DNA of 64,000 nucleotides, taken from the NCBI GenBank assembly GCA_964019335.1, contig OZ025712.1:437614-501613 (forward strand), in the 5' to 3' direction. This DNA comes from Diplonema japonicum (taxonomy: Eukaryota > Protista > Euglenozoa: Diplonemea). This document shows positions 45,433 to 56,854 of this stretch, in pieces. Under the pieces are notes generated by a model. That model did no database searches, was not told the DNA's origin, and was given only the letters and a program-made list of their open reading frames with translations. Every line of letters starts with the position of its first letter. Position 1 is the stretch's first letter. Both the position numbers and the translations under genes were made by a program.

Positions 45433-46512
45433 ATGTCTGCGAACGGGAAGCTTCGGGGGGAGGACATTGCAGCATGGGCTATGAACGTGACTAGCTGTGT
45501 AGCGATCATCATGATCAATAAGCAGCTGATGGCAGCCTCCGGTTACGGCTTCAATTATGCAACAACGCTGTGCGGATTCCACTTCATGGTAACAGGCGCT
45601 GCCAGTAAATTGTACAAAATGTGGACTGAAGTACCGCCTCCCACTGCGGAAGAGGACATCGATGGAAAGGAGAAACCAAGATCGCTGCCTATTGTGGATC
45701 TCGTGACCTTCGTTATCATCGCAAACGTCAGCATAGTTAGCTTGAACACGTCACTCATGATCAATCACGTGTCCATGTACCAGATAGCTAAGCTGGGCAT
45801 CCCACCTCTCTCTGCCTGCATTGAGAGGGCTTGGTTTGGCAACACATACTCAACACATCAGATCGGCGCCATGATAGTGACACTTATAGGCGTGTCCCTT
45901 GTCACTGTCGCGGAGTTCAGTATCCAGGGCGACACGCTAGGTGTGACGGTTGCCGGGATCAGCATTGTGGCGTCTTCATTGCAGCAAATCCTGTGCGGGT
46001 ACTACCAGAAAAAGAACCGAATGTCTTCAAATGATTTCTTGAGTGCGGTCAGCACGTGGCAGGGTATCTGCTGCCTCATCTGCGGTCCTTTCATCGACTA
46101 TGGCTTTACTAAGTCCTGGGTGACAAGCTACGAGTTCAATTCAGGATCCATGACCTTTTTGGTCCTTTCCTGCTTGGCATCTGTCATTGTGAATGCCTCG
46201 CACTTCATGTATGCCCTGCACACACGACTGCAACCCATCCCACAGATGTCTAGGACGTTTCTCTGCAGTGTCGTACCAGATCCTGGGCCACACCAAAACA
46301 GTGATGGTGCTGGTTCTGGGGTACTATTTTTTCGGGGGTGTTGTGAGGTCCAACCAAGTCGTTGGTGGCATTCTCGCCATCATGGGTATGCGCATACACA
46401 TCACACCAGCACCCATGCAGGGATGGCCGCTTACGGTTATTATACGCAGAAGCTGAAGGCTAAACCCCCTGCGTCGCCGCGATCGCCAAGGTCGCCTAGA
46501 ACCGAGCTGTAG
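45433..46512 (+). CDS. Nucleotide-sugar transporter (TPT/DMT family); introns 46209-46245 and 46386-46420
   Basis: [20 protein letters not shown]; spliced [16 protein letters not shown]. Confidence 0.9.
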   Translation: MSANGKLRGEDIAAWAMNVTSCVAIIMINKQLMAASGYGFNYATTLCGFHFMVTGAASKLYKMWTEVPPPTAEEDIDGKEKPRSLPIVDLVTFVIIANVSIVSLNTSLMINHVSMYQIAKLGIPPLSACIERAWFGNTYSTHQIGAMIVTLIGVSLVTVAEFSIQGDTLGVTVAGISIVASSLQQILCGYYQKKNRMSSNDFLSAVSTWQGICCLICGPFIDYGFTKSWVTSYEFNSGSMTFLVLSCLASVIVNASHFMYALHTRLQPIPQMSRTFLCSVVPDPGPHQNSDGAGSGVLFFRGCCEVQPSRWWHSRHHGYAHTHHTSTHAGMAAYGYYTQKLKAKPPASPRSPRSPRTEL

Positions 46513-46972
46513 GCAGAACTGAAATTGTACGCACAAGGTCACGGTGCGATGCTCAAGCATACACAAGAAGGAAAGAACCCGCAAACCCGACTCTTCTTTT
46601 TTATAAGCACAAAAATGCAGAAGGGTTAAGTAGTTTTTTTTTTGACTCATTTTTAATTTGTTCCCTCCAGTCCCTAGTACCCTTAATGGTGCGTGGCCGT
46701 AGACCGAGTGTCTACCCAACCCACCTATTGCCTGTCTGGCGCTTGCAGTAGTGGCAAAGGAGTGCATTAAGTACTTTACGTATTCAGCGTCCACTGTCGC
46801 GCGAGGCCTTCTAGGAACCTACCAATACACACTAACATGACTTGTTCCCTTGGAAATAGCACTGAATTCATGAATGGAAGGTGTAGAAATGTGTTGGTAT
46901 ATGAGTGGAACGGAGTGAGAAATAGTCGTTTACTATCTGCACAGTCATCTTACATCACACAGGACCATCAAA

Positions 46973-47939
46973 ATGGACAGCGAGACATTCTACAAGAACG
47001 TGGCAGGTGACAAGGAGTCGGTGTCGAAGGCTGACGTGAGAAAGTACCTGATTGATGCAGCGGAGGAGCTTGAGAAGGTGTTGAAGGGTGAGGGGTTGTC
47101 TATCTTCAAGCAGGCCATGGAAGGCGAAGGTGAAGTTGACAAGGACTTGCTGATGACTTTCTTCGAGAAGGGCAAAGATCTCAGCGAAATGGACAGTAAA
47201 AAGGAGCCGCCCACCAGCGAGAAATTTCCTGCCGCCTATGACGAGTGCATCCCAGGTGATGCTTCTTTCAAGTTCCAGCTCGGGCATCAGGAGATGTCGC
47301 GTGTCATGAAGGAGCTTGAGACCATTTTCCGTTCGCAGCCCTGCGACTGGCTTCCCGTGGAAGCCATGGGCAACCTGCTTGCTATTGAGCTTGGCTACGA
47401 AGATGTTGCGGAGTTCGAAGACGCGCTTGAGGGAGAGTTCAGCGATTTCGTGAAGGGTCTTCCCAACGCAGAGCTGAGCACCAACGAGCGTGGCACGCCT
47501 GTGTTGAAACTTCGTCAGGATGTGGAAGGACCACCCAGGAAAATGACGCTGCAAGTCACAGACAGGAAGCACCTGTGGCATGTTCTGATGCAGGCGCCCG
47601 ATGCGAGGATCACAATTGTGGAGTTGGAGTTCGAGATCCAGCCTATGGGCGAAAGGAGGATCGATACGGTATGTACAAGCACAAGCACAAAATCAATAAT
47701 CGCAGCTTTACAACCACATCGGTGCTGCAGTGTGGAACCTTGGCCAGTACGTCAGGGACGCCAACCTGTCGCAGGACGTTGAGAATAAGATTCTGGACAC
47801 TATCCACTGCCTGAACGCCGCTCTGGATGTGGAGAACCCTTTCACCATCATCGTGGAGGACCCCACCAGCAGGAGCTTGTGGCAACCCATCGACGACGTC
47901 AAGATCGAGGCCACGGGTATCCAGGCGCAGGCTGCGTGA
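46973..47939 (+). CDS. ZPR1 A/B-domain-containing protein lacking the zinc finger; intron 47669-47705
   Basis: ITIVELEFEIQP...IDT and PFTIIVEDPTSRS are ZPR1-domain motifs. Confidence 0.65.
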
Positions 47940-48197
47940 GACCCCCCTTGCAGCTTCCTATGAAACTGTCATCCAGCGTCAGCAAACCACTAACCCGTAC
48001 ACTAGGAAGCGCAGGACAAAGTCATACGCAGTACACCCCTTTCCCATGGATTCTTTTTTACTTACAGCATAGTTTAGTTTCTCATTCTTCCCCCTCCCCC
48101 CCTCCCTTCTTTTTATTCCGTTTCATGTTCTTGCCCAACCCCAGCATCAGTTACATCATTAGTCTCCCTTTGTTCTGCTCTTACATACATAGGCACC

Positions 48198-48392
48198 ATG
48201 GTGTTCAGCATGATATCTTCCGTGCACGGTCTGGGGCAGTACTGCAGGGAGGCGAAGACGTTAGGGGTGTCGCCTGCAAAGCACTGGTCGATAGGAAGCT
48301 GCAAGGCAGCAGGGTTTACAAACATTGTGGGGTACGTGGCACCCCCCGACAAGGATGTAATTTACACGAGAAGAGTGGTGAACAAGCAGTAA
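48198..48392 (+). CDS. Possible 64-aa protein
   Basis: ATG 5 nt after an AG acceptor that follows a pyrimidine tract; non-low-complexity island. Confidence 0.45.
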   Translation: MVFSMISSVHGLGQYCREAKTLGVSPAKHWSIGSCKAAGFTNIVGYVAPPDKDVIYTRRVVNKQ

Positions 48393-48727
48393 CGTATATT
48401 TACACACAAAGTGGTGGTCATAGTTTAGTGGTCTTGTTTTTTTATTTTAGTTCGTTCTCCTCTCTTTTTCTTTCTTTTGTTTTCGAGAGACAGGCTGAGT
48501 GGGACTGAAGGACCGACTTCATATTTTCGTTTGTGCCTTGTCTGTGTTCATTCGTGCCTTTGGTGGCTCGGGTCGGTTCAGCCCGCTCCGTTTTAGTCTC
48601 GCGACTTGTCTTTTTCCCTGGTGTAGAAAACAAAGAAAAATATAAATAGAAAAAAAGGGGCAATAGAAGAGGGAAGAATAAAAAAAAAAAAAAAAGGGAT
48701 ACAGGTCTTTGTTATTGTCCGGTCAAT

Positions 48728-49450
48728 ATGCTTAAATCAACGTTGCTCCTTTCTTCTGCTGTGTGCACCATCCTTGCTCAAGAAGATGCGGCCTCTATAG
48801 TTAACGACGCGGCCGCTGCTGCGAAGAACGTGGATCTGGCAGCCGCGACCGAAGCAGGTGAAATGCTGCAAACATTTGAGCCAATCCCCACGATCGCTAT
48901 TCCCGAGCAGTTCCAAGCGGTCTTCGAAACGGACATTCTTATGGACGGCAAGATGCAAAACTTCGTCGTGAATGTCACGAGTGCTTTTGCTCCGATGGGC
49001 GCGGAGCAGTTCTACAAGTTGATGAAAGACGAGTTCTATAATGGTGCGTGCTTCTTCCGTGTGGTGCCTGACTTTGTCATCCAGTTCGGGATCGGTGCTG
49101 ACCCCGAGATGACAAAGAAGTGGTCGGTCCCCATCCTGGACGACCCTGTCGAGGTGTCTAACGAGGAGGGCACCATCGCCTTTGCCACAGCAGGCCCCGA
49201 TACCCGCACCACACAACTCTTCGTCAACTACGCTGATAACAAGGCGCTTGATGCACAAGGCTTTGCACCCATCGGTCAGGTGGTGCACGGTCTCGACGCG
49301 CTACGCCTGGCTTACAACCCCACCCCTGGTAAGCCTGGTGGCGCGGACCAGCAACAGTACGAAATGAAAGGCAACGCCTGGCTGAAGCCTAAGGTGCCCA
49401 AGATCAACCAAATCGTCCGTGCTTACATAAGTTGGGAGTCAGCGGTATAA
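48728..49450 (+). CDS. Secreted/ER cyclophilin-type peptidyl-prolyl isomerase
   Basis: Signal peptide; FFRVVPDFVIQFG, GTIAFATAGPDTRTTQLFVN, LDAQGFAPIG. Confidence 0.92.
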   Translation: MLKSTLLLSSAVCTILAQEDAASIVNDAAAAAKNVDLAAATEAGEMLQTFEPIPTIAIPEQFQAVFETDILMDGKMQNFVVNVTSAFAPMGAEQFYKLMKDEFYNGACFFRVVPDFVIQFGIGADPEMTKKWSVPILDDPVEVSNEEGTIAFATAGPDTRTTQLFVNYADNKALDAQGFAPIGQVVHGLDALRLAYNPTPGKPGGADQQQYEMKGNAWLKPKVPKINQIVRAYISWESAV

Positions 49451-49677
49451 TCGCGCTTTTCGTTTCATTAGTGTACATAGTGTGCTATACAAAACTGTGC
49501 TCAGCCGACCCGACGTTGCCCTTGTATGGTGGCGTTGCTTATTAGAATAAAGCATACTGGTTCTTGCCTGGCTGAGTATATCGCCAATACAGAGATACTC
49601 TTGGCCATACTTATTACTTTACCTTCTTTAATATAATCAATATCATTCGTGTTAATCCAAACCTTCAGAAAGGGGAA

Positions 49678-50913
49678 ATGAAATGGTTCTCTTTCGAGAG
49701 ACCGAAGGATAGTCTGACGGACCTTACTGAGGTTTGCACACGGCTTGATGGGCTGGAGCTTGTTTTGAACGAGCTGAAGGACAAAGTAAGTGAGCTGAGA
49801 CACACCTGCAAGTCTCCGGAAGAGATGATTGGGGAGAAAATGGAAGTCCTACACCGATGGGAAGAGATCGAGGAACCGATAATGAGATGTGCAAGGGAAC
49901 TACAATGCATCGTGTCGGGGGATAAAACAGTTGTTGATTTGGCACAAATGCAGATGAGGAGGGTTGAAACTGTCCTGAACGAGGGGAGCGATCTTACAGC
50001 ACTGCTTTCTGCCGCCAGGTGGGCTGTGCAAGACATCACATCCATCACCCCTGCATACCTTAAGACTGACTTGTGGCTGGAAAGTGTCTCTGCTCTCGAG
50101 CAGGAAGAAACACGCTGTCGCTTCGAGTACCAAAGGGGTGAAGAGATCGTCTTCTCCGACCTCGTCAAAGCTTTTAAGCCGAAGAAATACCAACCATCCT
50201 CTAAGAGCAGCAGTGCCATCCCAGCACACTGGACGGGAACCTCGTTCATGACTCCGCGGTTACACGATGTCACCAAAGAGATGGCCGATTCAGTGTCTGC
50301 CATCTTCGAGGGTAGCGGCACTGTGTGCAGCATTTACCGACTAGAGAGTCTCGCCATGTGGTCAGCCTACATAGGAGCAAAAGAAGCACTGCAGCAAAAA
50401 GGGCGTCAAGGGAAACCTTACCTTGGGATTGTGACGGCGACTGACTTGATGCTGGATGGGGTGGAGATGCTTGAAGGAGATCTGTCTGAAGAGCTGAACG
50501 AGAAGTGGTTACTCCTCCCATGCAGAAACGAGTCTGATGTTGAGCAAGTGCTGCAGTGTGGCGTGCAACATTTAAGGAAGAACAGCGGGTTATTTGGTGC
50601 GGGATTATACCTTGCAGAGACTCCTGCCAGGGCCAACAAGGTGTGTGGAGGTGCGACCCCCACTATCGTCCTTGTTCGTGCACTCCTCACTGCCACACCC
50701 CACGTAACCGCAAACCCTATCTCAGCACCACCCGAGCCGGTCACTGTTGCCACGTGTAAGATGAGCCATTCTAAACTGCAACCCCCGTCACGCCCAGATT
50801 CCTGGTTGGATGAACACCGCGAGTTCATAGTTTCTGACAGTACACTGTGCTATCCTGCATATGTCATTAGGTACACAAAAGGGCATGACACTCTAGCTTT
50901 CCATACATATTAG
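49678..50913 (+). CDS. Coiled-coil protein with a divergent PARP/ADP-ribosyltransferase catalytic domain
   Basis: LNEKWL, GLFGAGLYLAE, REFIV..LCYPAYVIRY. Confidence 0.75.
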   Translation: MKWFSFERPKDSLTDLTEVCTRLDGLELVLNELKDKVSELRHTCKSPEEMIGEKMEVLHRWEEIEEPIMRCARELQCIVSGDKTVVDLAQMQMRRVETVLNEGSDLTALLSAARWAVQDITSITPAYLKTDLWLESVSALEQEETRCRFEYQRGEEIVFSDLVKAFKPKKYQPSSKSSSAIPAHWTGTSFMTPRLHDVTKEMADSVSAIFEGSGTVCSIYRLESLAMWSAYIGAKEALQQKGRQGKPYLGIVTATDLMLDGVEMLEGDLSEELNEKWLLLPCRNESDVEQVLQCGVQHLRKNSGLFGAGLYLAETPARANKVCGGATPTIVLVRALLTATPHVTANPISAPPEPVTVATCKMSHSKLQPPSRPDSWLDEHREFIVSDSTLCYPAYVIRYTKGHDTLAFHTY

Positions 50914-51105
50914 TTATCGACGCACTAACCTCTACCTTTATTCTACTTTCATTTATTTATGAGAAAATTGCTAACTTGACTCTAAGTTCGGATATGCTCA
51001 AAAGCAACCCCCTTTAGTTTGAGCAGTTTGGAACTAAGGGGCTGATTTTGAGCGTTTCGAAAACTTAGGTTACTTTGTGCAACCCTTCAGGAACTGGGCA
51101 TCAAA

Positions 51106-52732
51106 ATGTCTGCCACACGCAACGTTATCGTGCGTGGGCTTAGGTACCACCAGAAGGGCAGCCCGTCGGCTGTGCTGAAAAAAGAAGAGTGGGTGACACC
51201 GTTCAACAAAACTTCTAGCGATGTTGTTGTGAAGATGGAAGCAAGCCCTGTGCACCACCACGACAAGTGGATGATTCAGGGGAGATGCGGGGGTTTGGAG
51301 CACCAGGGCAGCCCGAAGGTGGGGGGAAGCGAAGGTGTTGGCATCGTAAGTGAAGCAGGTGCAGGATGCAAATTTCTCAAAAAAGGCGACCGTGTGATTT
51401 TCAACAATCAGACTGTGGGGACCTGGGCTGACAAAGTTGTCACAGGCGAGAACAACCTGGATAGGGTGCCACTGGACATGCAGCCAGAGGACATGGCCAT
51501 GATGAACGTTTATGGCACTGCGTGGAGAATGGTGAATGACTACGGGAAGATCAAACCTGACGATGTGTGCTGGGTGATTGGTGGTGGTGCTGTTGCACAA
51601 GCGACAGCGTGCCTGCTGCAGCAGAAGGGTGCCAAAGTGTTCATGATCATGAGGGCTGGCAGACCTAACGAAGGTGCTGTGCACCAGTCGATACGTAAGC
51701 ACCTCCCTACCACCACCACCATCAAGGCTTCGCTACTCACGCAAAAAGTGATGAGGACCATCACGTCCGATATCCCGAAGCCCTCTTTCATCTTCAATGG
51801 CTCAGGTGGCGACACACTACGCGAGTCCCTTCGCTACGCAGGTGACTCGTGCAAAGTGATTTCCTTCGGGAATATGTCCCGTCAACCGCTCTCGGTCTCA
51901 GTGGGGAGACACATCTATCAAGACATCCAGCTGCTGACCTTTTGGTACTCGCGATACCTTGCAACCTCGTCGAGGGAGGACAGGGAGGCCATGTACAGCA
52001 GCATCGCAGAAATGATGAGAACAGGTGCCCATGGTAACACTTACGGTTCGGAGTGGCAGCTTGCAAGCAGGCTGGTATGAAAGTCAAGAGGGAAATAAAA
52101 AACTGCAGTTTGTGCGTGCCGAGCGATACAACTTTGACACGCAGCACGAAGACGCTTTGACCAACTCTACGCTGCTTTTCACCAACAGAAAGGTCTGTTT
52201 TCATAATTTGAACACTAACCATTTGACAGCCCGTTTTGAGATTTGGCGAGGAGTACACGTACACGCACAGTGGCGAGTGGTTCAAGGAACACGAGTTCTT
52301 CCTTCCTGAGGACTCCCAGTATGTGAAAAACATGGAGCACGCCACTGCTGAGAGACTGAAAGGTGAACACAAATCTGTGGTATGCGTGATGTGCAAAGGA
52401 AACGTTTACAACTACACAGGAGAATGGGGGCCCAGTGCTGCTGGATCAGTTCAATGCCTTGTGGGACAGCAAAGAGGCAACAGAGATCCGAAAGGGAATG
52501 AAGGCCTGGAACCAGAGGCTTGATAACACGGAGCTGCTTGAGGTATGCTGTGGTGGCTCCATTTCATGTTGACACACAGGACACGTATGAGCGATACCTT
52601 GAGACACAGGCTGCGAAATACAACATCAACTTGAACGTTGAAACGAGGAAGAAGGGACAACTCAGTCACAATCCTCACATGGAATGCTTCTTCCCTGATG
52701 ATGACGCTCTTGTTTCAAAGACTCTCAACTAG
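51106..52732 (+). CDS. Mitochondrial trans-2-enoyl reductase (MECR)-like MDR protein with a long C-terminal extension (492 aa); introns 52075-52108, 52193-52229, 52380-52419, 52543-52579
   Basis: ASPVHHHD..IQG, VGGSEGVG, GTW, TAWRM, SFGNMSRQP; four phase-0 introns give a continuous frame. Confidence 0.8.
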
Positions 52733-53120
52733 AATCAGCTTTTTTCTTCTTTGTTTTATTCCCTACAACCACGCTTGGCATCATGCATGCAGAAATAAAC
52801 TCTGGGTTTGTGCCCTCCTTTGTTTTTTATTTTCAGTGTCTGGGAAGGGGTGTTATTAGGAAACCAACAGGGACCCCCACTCTTTTTTCACAGGAGCGAA
52901 ATGTAACATTAAACCTGTCCCCTTTTCTTTTATTTTGGCGTATTTTTGTTCACCCCTTTTCTTTTCCTGTTTCCTCTTTATTTCATTTCTTTGAAGTGTC
53001 ACCTCTGCCCCAGTGTGCCCCCTGGTTATGTAACTATCTTTCTTTCTTGTTATTGTTTTTTGGTTGTATTCAACCGTCTCATGCATCGACCCGCCATTTA
53101 CTCGGTTGGCCCCGGCGTGA

Positions 53121-53194
53121 GTTCCCATGGTCTAGTTGGTTATGACGTCGCCTTAACACGGCGAAGGTCTCCGGTTCGAACCCGGATGGGAATA
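53121..53194 (+). tRNA. tRNA-Val(AAC)
   Basis: Cloverleaf, loop TT-AAC-AC, GGTTCGAACCC T-arm, T6 terminator. Confidence 0.95.
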
Positions 53195-53222
53195 TTTTTT
53201 GAAAGATGCTAGAAGAATGCGA

Positions 53223-53402
53223 AAAACTCTTACAGAGCACGTGGGAGTGTGCCCCTGCGAGACAAGCGCAGCAGGAAAGTGTGTACGCGGGCACCAACCA
53301 GCACACCGATTGACGCCGGAGCTCCACTGCGCCTCTCGCCTTGGCGAGGTTGAGAGATCGTGCCTCCTCACAGGCTCCTCTCCATGACAACCAGCGCACC
53401 GC
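53223..53402. ncRNA. Candidate structured small RNA between tRNA-Val and tRNA-Ala
   Basis: GC-rich island with nested stems GAGCACG/CGTGCCTC, GTGCCC/GGGCAC, CTGCG/CGCAG, CTCGC/GCGAG. Confidence 0.35.
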
Positions 53403-53493
53403 AAAAAAATAGATCAAGTTGCCTCTAGGCAACCAGTTAGAACCGTCCCAGGGTTTCCGATACAAGTGCACTTATAGCAAAAAAAAACCGTAA

Positions 53494-53566
53494 GGGGGTG
53501 TAGCTCAAATGGTAGAGCGCTCGCTCAGCATGCGAGAGGTAGAGGGATCGATGCCCTCCATCTCCA
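53494..53566 (+). tRNA. tRNA-Ala(AGC) with C33
   Basis: G3:U70 pair, GGATCGATGCC T-arm, anticodon loop TC-AGC-AT. Confidence 0.92.
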
Positions 53567-53643
53567 CTCTTTTTCTGGTGTCTTCTTGCATCTAAGGCCT
53601 TGTGTTTCATCACAAACAATGGATTCTCGCAAACAAAATTCGT

Positions 53644-56600
53644 AAAGGAGGGCATTGATGTCGTGATGTACGCAGACAACATTGCGGTGGTGCTGCACGA
53701 AAAAGACCTGGACAGCTTGAATGGAAAACTGATGAAGATCCTGAGGGTTGTGGAGAGCTGGTGCTCGAGAAACTCGATGGTGATCTCCAAGGGAAAGACA
53801 GAGTTCCTTCCCGTTGCTGGCATCTCCTATCCACAGAGAACACTGAAGGGGAAGATCGGAGCAACTTTCAGGACCAGTCTTCAGATACTGCTTGGGCGTG
53901 TACGGGTCATTTCTCCTGAGCGGGAGGAACACGCCCCACGAAGGCATCAAGAAGCTTCAATACAGGGCAGCGGTGAAGATCACAGGCTGCATCGAGTCAT
54001 CAGAGACATTCGCGACACTGAACGAAGCGGGGCTGTGGACCCTGGATGCGCTGATCGAGCACGACAGCCTGTTGCTCTACGAGTCACTGATGAGAAAAGT
54101 GCCGCATATCAGGCGACTCAGCCTCTGGAGGATCTGACCAGGTACGAGAAGCTCCTACCAAGGGGACTTGGTCTGACAAACAGAGAGAGGCATCGAAAGC
54201 CTACAAACTCCCAGAGAGGACGGGCACCACCTCACTCGGGCGCCGTCTTCATGAGGAGACTCGCGGTTGCACCCTGGCAAAGATTCGAGGGGCAACTCGT
54301 GCTCTCCCCCTTCCTCGACACGCAGGTGAAAAGGACGGACCCAAAAGAGGTCAGGAAAGAGAACAACGAACACCCTGAACAGGTTATGCGAGAAGCACGG
54401 CCTGTGCAGTCGGTGATACGGAAGATGTGCCAGGGACACATGTCGGCAGCCTCCAAAGATGACTACGAGCTCTGGCGGGAGGTCGCGAGCTTGACAGACA
54501 GAGGCCACAAGCTAATCGTTCAATACGTCCCGAGTCACTGCGGGTACAAGTGGAACGAGAAGGCGGACCAGAAGGCAAAAGAGGCGAGCGAAAGATGGCC
54601 CACACCCGTGAGACAGACATTGAGGTGGTTAAAACTCTGGTCAGGAAACATGTCATCAGAAGCCACCTCCGCCTATGGAAGGATACTAAGACGTACAGGG
54701 AGCTGTTTGCCGGAAGTTTCGAGAAGTTCGAGGAGCTGGACAGAAAAAAAGAAGTGGCGATCATGAGGGAAGAGCCACTCACTTGCGGATACCTACTCAT
54801 ACCCCCAGTCGAGGAGGTCCCGTGCCATCTATGTTCGCATCCTCAGACTCTAAGCCACCTCCTACGGGAATGCCAAGACGAAAAGAGGATCGACCAAAGG
54901 AGTCAGATCTTCGGTAGACACCCACAGCAATTGTTTCTAACTCAATCTCTCGACTCTGGCTTCACTCCTATCCTTTCTTTTCACCTCCCTCCCCAATGTC
55001 TTCCCTTATTTTCCATTACCAGGCCCCTGTCCCCCGCCCCCAGTGTTATTCAAATTTTTCTCTCACCTTTCATATAGAAAGAAAAAAGAGTCGGTTGATT
55101 GTTGTTTGTGCACAGCCGGGATTAACCTGTAGAAGGATAAGCCCAACAATGCTACCACTACTCTTTTTAGCAATAACAATTCATTATCAATATATTGTTT
55201 TTCTTGTTCATGCAAAAAAGAAAAAAAAAAGAAGAAAAAAGAAGGACAGATGATTCAAGCTTCGGTAGGTGAATTCCTTTATTCTGAGAAAAAAAAAGAA
55301 GAAGAAAAAAAAAATTGAAGAACGAAACTTAATTGAACTTTTGGCTCCCGAAGCCCAACAAGTCCAGCAGATGGTGGAGTTTCACAGTCAGCTGGTTAAT
55401 TTTTCACAATTGAAACTCCTCCAAAGTTCTTAAAATCTGGGAGGTCGTCTCTTGTTACTAGAGGCGGCTAATGCCTCGAGACCCAGGTGCTGCCTGGTGG
55501 TGGGATCGGTTTTATTTTAACCCATAACACTCCAAGGCGCAAATATTTGTCGTTTTGAAAAATCGGGGGGGCTTGGGGTCTACTGTCCTCTCAAGCGTAA
55601 GAGATATGGCATAAAAATATACTGCCTAAACTGCGTGAGCACGGGTTATCTTTCGCGTTTTCACATCCACGCCACCAAAAACGAGGGGCACGCACTTGAA
55701 GATTTCAATGTCGTGGAAAAGGTGGTGCTGGGGTTAACGGGGAATTTTCGGGGAACGACAACACGGTAGTTTGCAATAACTACTTTTCGACTGTGGGTCT
55801 GGCCGAAGCCCTGTGAAAAAACTGTGAGGGGGCTTGCATTTCGTTGGAGTGTTGCGGACTCTTCTGGTGGGCCCTAGAAGTGACAATAGTTAACTGCCTT
55901 GCACTTTAAATAAAATATGGTTAAGGTTCAGCCAAAGAGATACAAAACCCTGGCTGCTTTTAAAGAGCGCTTTCGAGAGAGCCTAATTGATGGGTCCAGC
56001 GTTGCAAAAACACCACTCCCGGCACCCAACTAGTGGAGCACACACCCGACACCCCAGATTACACCAAACGTGACCACCAACCACTCAAAGGGGGCAACTC
56101 CAGGGTCTGCAGGTTGAAAGGATGCACAAAACGCACAATCTACAAATGCTACACCTGTAACCAACACCTCTGTCCAAATAAGTGCTTTTTTCGTACCACT
56201 CTTCCATCACCCCAAAAAGGCTTCTTGACGATTTCGAGGCCGATATTCCACCCGCAAATAGGCACTTCTCTCGGTCTGAGACATCTGAGGGGTCCTGATG
56301 CTCAATTTACACCCCCCCGTGCACAACCCATTTTGACATGGTCGTTTTTGAGCACCCTACGGCCATTCAACTCTTCATCCCCTTTGTATTTTTATTAATT
56401 TTTGAGCTTTTTTTTAAATTTTCCTGGTCCAAAAAACCCGTTTTACCTGCAAACGTAAATGCTGCCATTTTACCCGTCAAATTATGAAAAGGAGCAAAAA
56501 AGGGACCCCTATGTAGATAGGCCCCGGAGTGTTATGGGTTAAAATGAAAAGAGCGTGGTGAGGGGGTCCAAGTAATTTACTACAGGGAGCAGCGGACCAG

Positions 56601-56747
56601 GACCCCTCGACCAATGGCTCAGCAACAGAGACTGCTTTTCACGAATCACTTTCATACACTTCTAGTGATGTCCCTTTCCCCTTTCCCTTGAATTGTTTTC
56701 TCTACTCCCCTTCGATCCTCCCGCCTGGTAGTGGAATATTTATTATT
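53644..56747 (+). mobile_element. 5'-truncated, decayed non-LTR retrotransposon copy 1 (RT 3' half, RNase H remnant, CCHC finger, 3' UTR, TTA tail)
   Basis: VVMYADNIAV..W..NSM.ISKGKTE RT motifs; YVPSHCG..NEKAD; near-identical to 57190-59124; imperfect TSD CAAACAAAATTCGT (53630) / CGAACAGAATCTCGT (56748). Confidence 0.88.
55521..56538 (+). mobile_element. Internally deleted piggyBac transposon (1018 bp) nested in the retroelement 3' UTR
   Basis: TIR CCCATAACACTCC / GGAGTGTTATGGG with TTAA on both sides; remnants YGIKIYCL..TGYL, NYFST and C-terminal Cys-rich domain; absent from copy 2. Confidence 0.92.
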
Positions 56748-56763
56748 CGAACAGAATCTCGTC

Positions 56764-56836
56764 GCCTCCCTAGCTCAGTCGGTAGAGCGCAAGGCCCTTA
56801 ACCTTGTGGTCGCGGGTTCGAGCCCCGCGGGAGGTG
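56764..56836 (+). tRNA. tRNA-Lys(CTT) with C33
   Basis: Cloverleaf, stem CAAGG/CCTTG, loop CC-CTT-AA, T5 terminator. Confidence 0.92.
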
Positions 56837-56854
56837 TTTTTAATCTATTGTGAT

